Positions 40,467 through 42,673 of a stretch of DNA of 42,673 nucleotides are shown one piece after another (within the stretch, counting starts at the first letter, position 1; every line of letters begins with the position of its first letter). The stretch comes from Myxococcota bacterium (GTDB taxonomy: Bacteria; Myxococcota_A; UBA796; CAJQPC01). Made by a program: the position numbers and the translations under genes. Under the pieces are notes generated by a model. The model saw nothing but the letters and a program-made list of their open reading frames with translations, was not told where the DNA came from and searched no databases. Where the stretch lies: assembly GCA_036012755.1 (NCBI GenBank), contig DASCPX010000182.1:1-42673 (forward strand). Direction: 5' to 3'.

Positions 40467-41810
40467 CTACTCGCTGCGTCGGCGCCGACGTCTCGCGAGG
40501 GCCAGCAGACCGAGCCAGGCGAAACTCGCGGCGCCCGGAGCGGCCGCGCAGCCACACCCCGGCGGTGTCGTGTCCTGGTGCTGCGCCCCCTCGCTGCCAG
40601 TGTCCGTGGGCTCCTCGTCCTCGTCGCCGGAGTCCTGCTCCTCGTCGTCACCGGGCTCGTCCGTGTCCTCTTCCGTGGGGTCGCCGGTGTCATCGCCGGG
40701 CTCTTCCTCGACGGCCTCGCAGCCTCCGTAGGTGGCCACCGCGGCGGCCATGCCCTCCCAGGTCTCCTTGCGCTGGCCTTCCGTGTCGAGCAGCCCCCAG
40801 GTGAAGACCCCCCAGTCGTAGGTGTTGGGGTCGTCCTGGAGGTCGTACCAGAAGAACTTCTCCAGCTCCGGCCAGGGCTGGTTCACCGCGCCGGTCTGGG
40901 TGCCGCTCTGCAGGGCCACGAGCCCGGCGTAGGCCGCCTCGATCTCCCCAGCGGCGGCGGCCTCTGACCACTCGCCCCCAGGCAACGTCTCCCAGCCGAA
41001 CTCCGTGATCCAGACCGGCGTGCCCGGCGCGTGGGCGTCGGTGATCTCCTTGACGCCGCTTTCGTACTGCACCCCCGCCACGGACTGGCCGTCCACGAGC
41101 TCCACGAGCATGTCCTGGGCGCTGTCGGTGTAGATGTGGTGGGCCACCACGTCGATGCGTCCTCCCGAACCGTCGAGGATCTCGGCGAGGCTCACCTCCC
41201 AGCCGTTGAAGATGCACTCGCCGAAGGCACAGATCCCGCTCTCACCATTCCAGGCGTCGCTCGAGCGGAGGTGGGCGAGGTCCGGGCCCACGACAAGGCA
41301 GTCGCTGCAGGCGGCGTGGACGGCGTCCGCACCAGGGATGAGCACCTGGTCGAGGTAGTCCTCCACGCTGCCCCTGAAGAAGTGGCTGAGGTTGGGCTCG
41401 TTCCAGATGCCCCAGTGCTCGACCCGGTCGCCGTAGCGATTCACGGCGGCGGTCACGAAGGTGGCGTAGTCCTGGGCGGCGGGCACGCTGTTGCGGCACC
41501 AGCGCTGCTCGTCGGCGTCGTTGTCGTCGCAACCGGCCTCGCCGGCCCAGCTCGGGGTGTAGGCCACCGTGACGTAGACGTTGAGCCCCTGGTCGCTGGC
41601 CGCGTCGATGAAGCGATCGGCCACGGTCCAGTCGTAGCCGCCGTCGGTCGGCTCGAACTGGTTCCAGTTCATGTCGAAGCGGGCCCAGCCCACCCCCGCG
41701 GCGGCGCCTTCCGTGAGGCTGGACTCCGGGGCCTGGTGGGCGTTGACGCCGAAGGGGCAAGCAGGGTCGGTGGTCGCGAAGGCGAGGGAACAGAGCAGGA
41801 CCAAGAACAC
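40467..41810 (-). CDS. Clan GH-A glycoside hydrolase (GH39/GH5-like) with an acidic linker and a MYXO-CTERM-like sorting tail
   Basis: GGAGG then GTG 41810; signal peptide; 'WNEPN' acid/base and 'WITEFGW' nucleophile; tail 'GCGCAAAPG...WLGLLALARRRRRR'. Confidence 0.85.
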   Translation of the reverse strand: MFLVLLCSLAFATTDPACPFGVNAHQAPESSLTEGAAAGVGWARFDMNWNQFEPTDGGYDWTVADRFIDAASDQGLNVYVTVAYTPSWAGEAGCDDNDADEQRWCRNSVPAAQDYATFVTAAVNRYGDRVEHWGIWNEPNLSHFFRGSVEDYLDQVLIPGADAVHAACSDCLVVGPDLAHLRSSDAWNGESGICAFGECIFNGWEVSLAEILDGSGGRIDVVAHHIYTDSAQDMLVELVDGQSVAGVQYESGVKEITDAHAPGTPVWITEFGWETLPGGEWSEAAAAGEIEAAYAGLVALQSGTQTGAVNQPWPELEKFFWYDLQDDPNTYDWGVFTWGLLDTEGQRKETWEGMAAAVATYGGCEAVEEEPGDDTGDPTEEDTDEPGDDEEQDSGDEDEEPTDTGSEGAQHQDTTPPGCGCAAAPGAASFAWLGLLALARRRRRRSE

Positions 41811-41942
41811 GGCGACCTCCGGATCTCCGAGTAGCAAGGTCAGCTAACGCTCGACGCTTCTCCGTGTACGACCCCGAGAGAACCAGCCCGGTCATCGACC
41901 GTCTTCTCATCCCGCAGCGGCCCAGTCCTCCGTCCAGCGTAT

Positions 41943-41970
41943 AGGTCCGATAAGAGGCCTAATGCTCACT
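41943..41970 (+). other. dif-like XerC/XerD site (AGGTCCGATAA-GAGGCC-TAATGCTCACT)
   Basis: 11-6-11 layout with ATAA and T(A)ATG inner motifs; the XerD-like arm matches E. coli TTATGTTAAAT at 7/11; lies at the GC transition. Confidence 0.55.
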
Positions 41971-41972
41971 CA

Positions 41973-42077
41973 CCGGTTCTAGGGGGGGCCATTTGGGCCG
42001 GTTCTATTTCTAATTCTAGATAGGGTGGGGCCGGTTCTACAGGTGCGCAATAGGGGCCGGTTTCTTTTGATATTGCC
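41973..42077 (+). repeat. Four degenerate direct repeats (GGGGCCGGTTCTA-like), resembling an IS21-family terminal repeat array
   Basis: CCGGTT cores at 41973, 41998, 42031 and 42057 (spacing 25, 33, 26); no transposase attached. Confidence 0.5.
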
Positions 42078-42078
42078 T

Positions 42079-42099
42079 CTTGGAGCCCAAGGCTCCAAG
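42079..42099. terminator. Perfect 9-bp hairpin just after the stop of the 42105-42470 ORF
   Basis: CTTGGAGCC-CAA-GGCTCCAAG; no clear U-tract. Confidence 0.35.
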
Positions 42100-42104
42100 G
42101 GAGA

Positions 42105-42470
42105 TCATTCTTCCAGGCGTGCACGAACTAGGCTGAGCAGTTCTGCATCCCCGAAACTCGTCGCCCAGTTGATGGCACCTGGAAAGTGGCGGCCTTCCAG
42201 CGGTGGGTTCGAGTCGTAGCGGGTATCGAGGCTCACCAGAAGGTCAGCGAGTTCTGCAATGGTGACCAGCTTCTGATGGCTATCGTACCTATCGTTGTCA
42301 CCAGTCATGTCGTATTGTACGCACCACGCATGGTTCAGAGTCATCCTTTTGCACTTGTTGCATCTGTAAAGGTGGTAGTTGTCGACATTGTGGTCGCTGT
42401 AGTGGCAAGGGCCATCGATCGTCTCGAGTGTGCGTTCACACTCACCCGGGGCGCAGGGTTTCTTGTCCAT
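42105..42470 (-). CDS. Low-GC hypothetical Cys/His-containing protein
   Basis: GAGGTGAG upstream of ATG; 121 aa with 'YRCNKC'; codon usage unlike the host genes. Confidence 0.65.
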   Translation of the reverse strand: MDKKPCAPGECERTLETIDGPCHYSDHNVDNYHLYRCNKCKRMTLNHAWCVQYDMTGDNDRYDSHQKLVTIAELADLLVSLDTRYDSNPPLEGRHFPGAINWATSFGDAELLSLVRARLEE

Positions 42471-42536
42471 TTCTCACCTCTCCTGTTGGGAGAATGGGAA
42501 GGATAAACCGCCTTTAGCAAGTACAATCAAATTTAT

Positions 42537-42673
42537 TGGAGTGACCCCGGTTTCGTGGACATCCCCGAACGTCCGAAGGAGGATGTCCCATGCCCCGAGT
42601 CGTGTACCCCCTCGAATACCGGCAGCGCCTGGTTGAGCTGGCCCGAAAGGGCCGCTCACCGGAGGAGCTCTCC
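42537..42673 (+). mobile_element. IS3-family insertion sequence, left end (truncated by the window)
   Basis: Terminus TGGAGTGACCCCGGTTTCGTGGACA; inverted repeat GGACATCC (42557-64)/GGATGTCC (42581-88) over the RBS; OrfA follows. Confidence 0.8.
42590..42673 (+). CDS. IS3-family transposase OrfA N-terminus (partial)
   Basis: AAGGAGG RBS; MPRVVYPLEYRQRLVELARKGRSPEELS resembles the HTH_Tnp_1 start. Confidence 0.8.
   Translation, partial: MPRVVYPLEYRQRLVELARKGRSPEELS

Noticed and set aside
42042..42052. GGTGCGCAAT resembling the E. coli XerC arm
   Set aside because: No XerD-like arm at the right spacing; likely chance.
41973..42077. Possible CRISPR array
   Set aside because: Repeats are only about 9-13 bp and degenerate, with short spacers and no cas genes.

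Overview
High-GC bacterial chromosomal window, probably Myxococcota (a MYXO-CTERM-like tail at 40467-40560, many acidic exported proteins and lipoproteins). Left to right: (1) the end of a respiratory nitrate reductase operon (narJ partial, narI, two NarK transporters); (2) a cluster resembling the anaerobic reductive urate/purine degradation locus in a variant form: short YgfK-like protein without the NAD(P)H/FAD module, an unusual PLP enzyme, ssnA, carbamate kinase, ygeW, ygeY-like, a selenium-dependent-type xanthine dehydrogenase and a ThrC-like PLP enzyme; (3) a 2-oxoacid oxidoreductase whose gamma subunit is fused to a GltD-like flavoprotein and ferredoxin; (4) divergent betA/betB, a HAD hydrolase, a CxxCH membrane protein, acyl-CoA dehydrogenase and ETF; (5) two disrupted genes, an RRM RNA-binding protein with a structured leader, nnrS, and a B12-radical SAM gene coupled to a lipoprotein-like partner; (6) an exported amine oxidase, a CotH-family protein and a GH-A glycosidase; (7) a drop in GC at about 41940 that starts at a dif-like 11-6-11 site, followed by IS21-like end repeats, a low-GC orphan and the left end of an IS3-family element. 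All assignments come from motif recognition by eye; no database searches were run.
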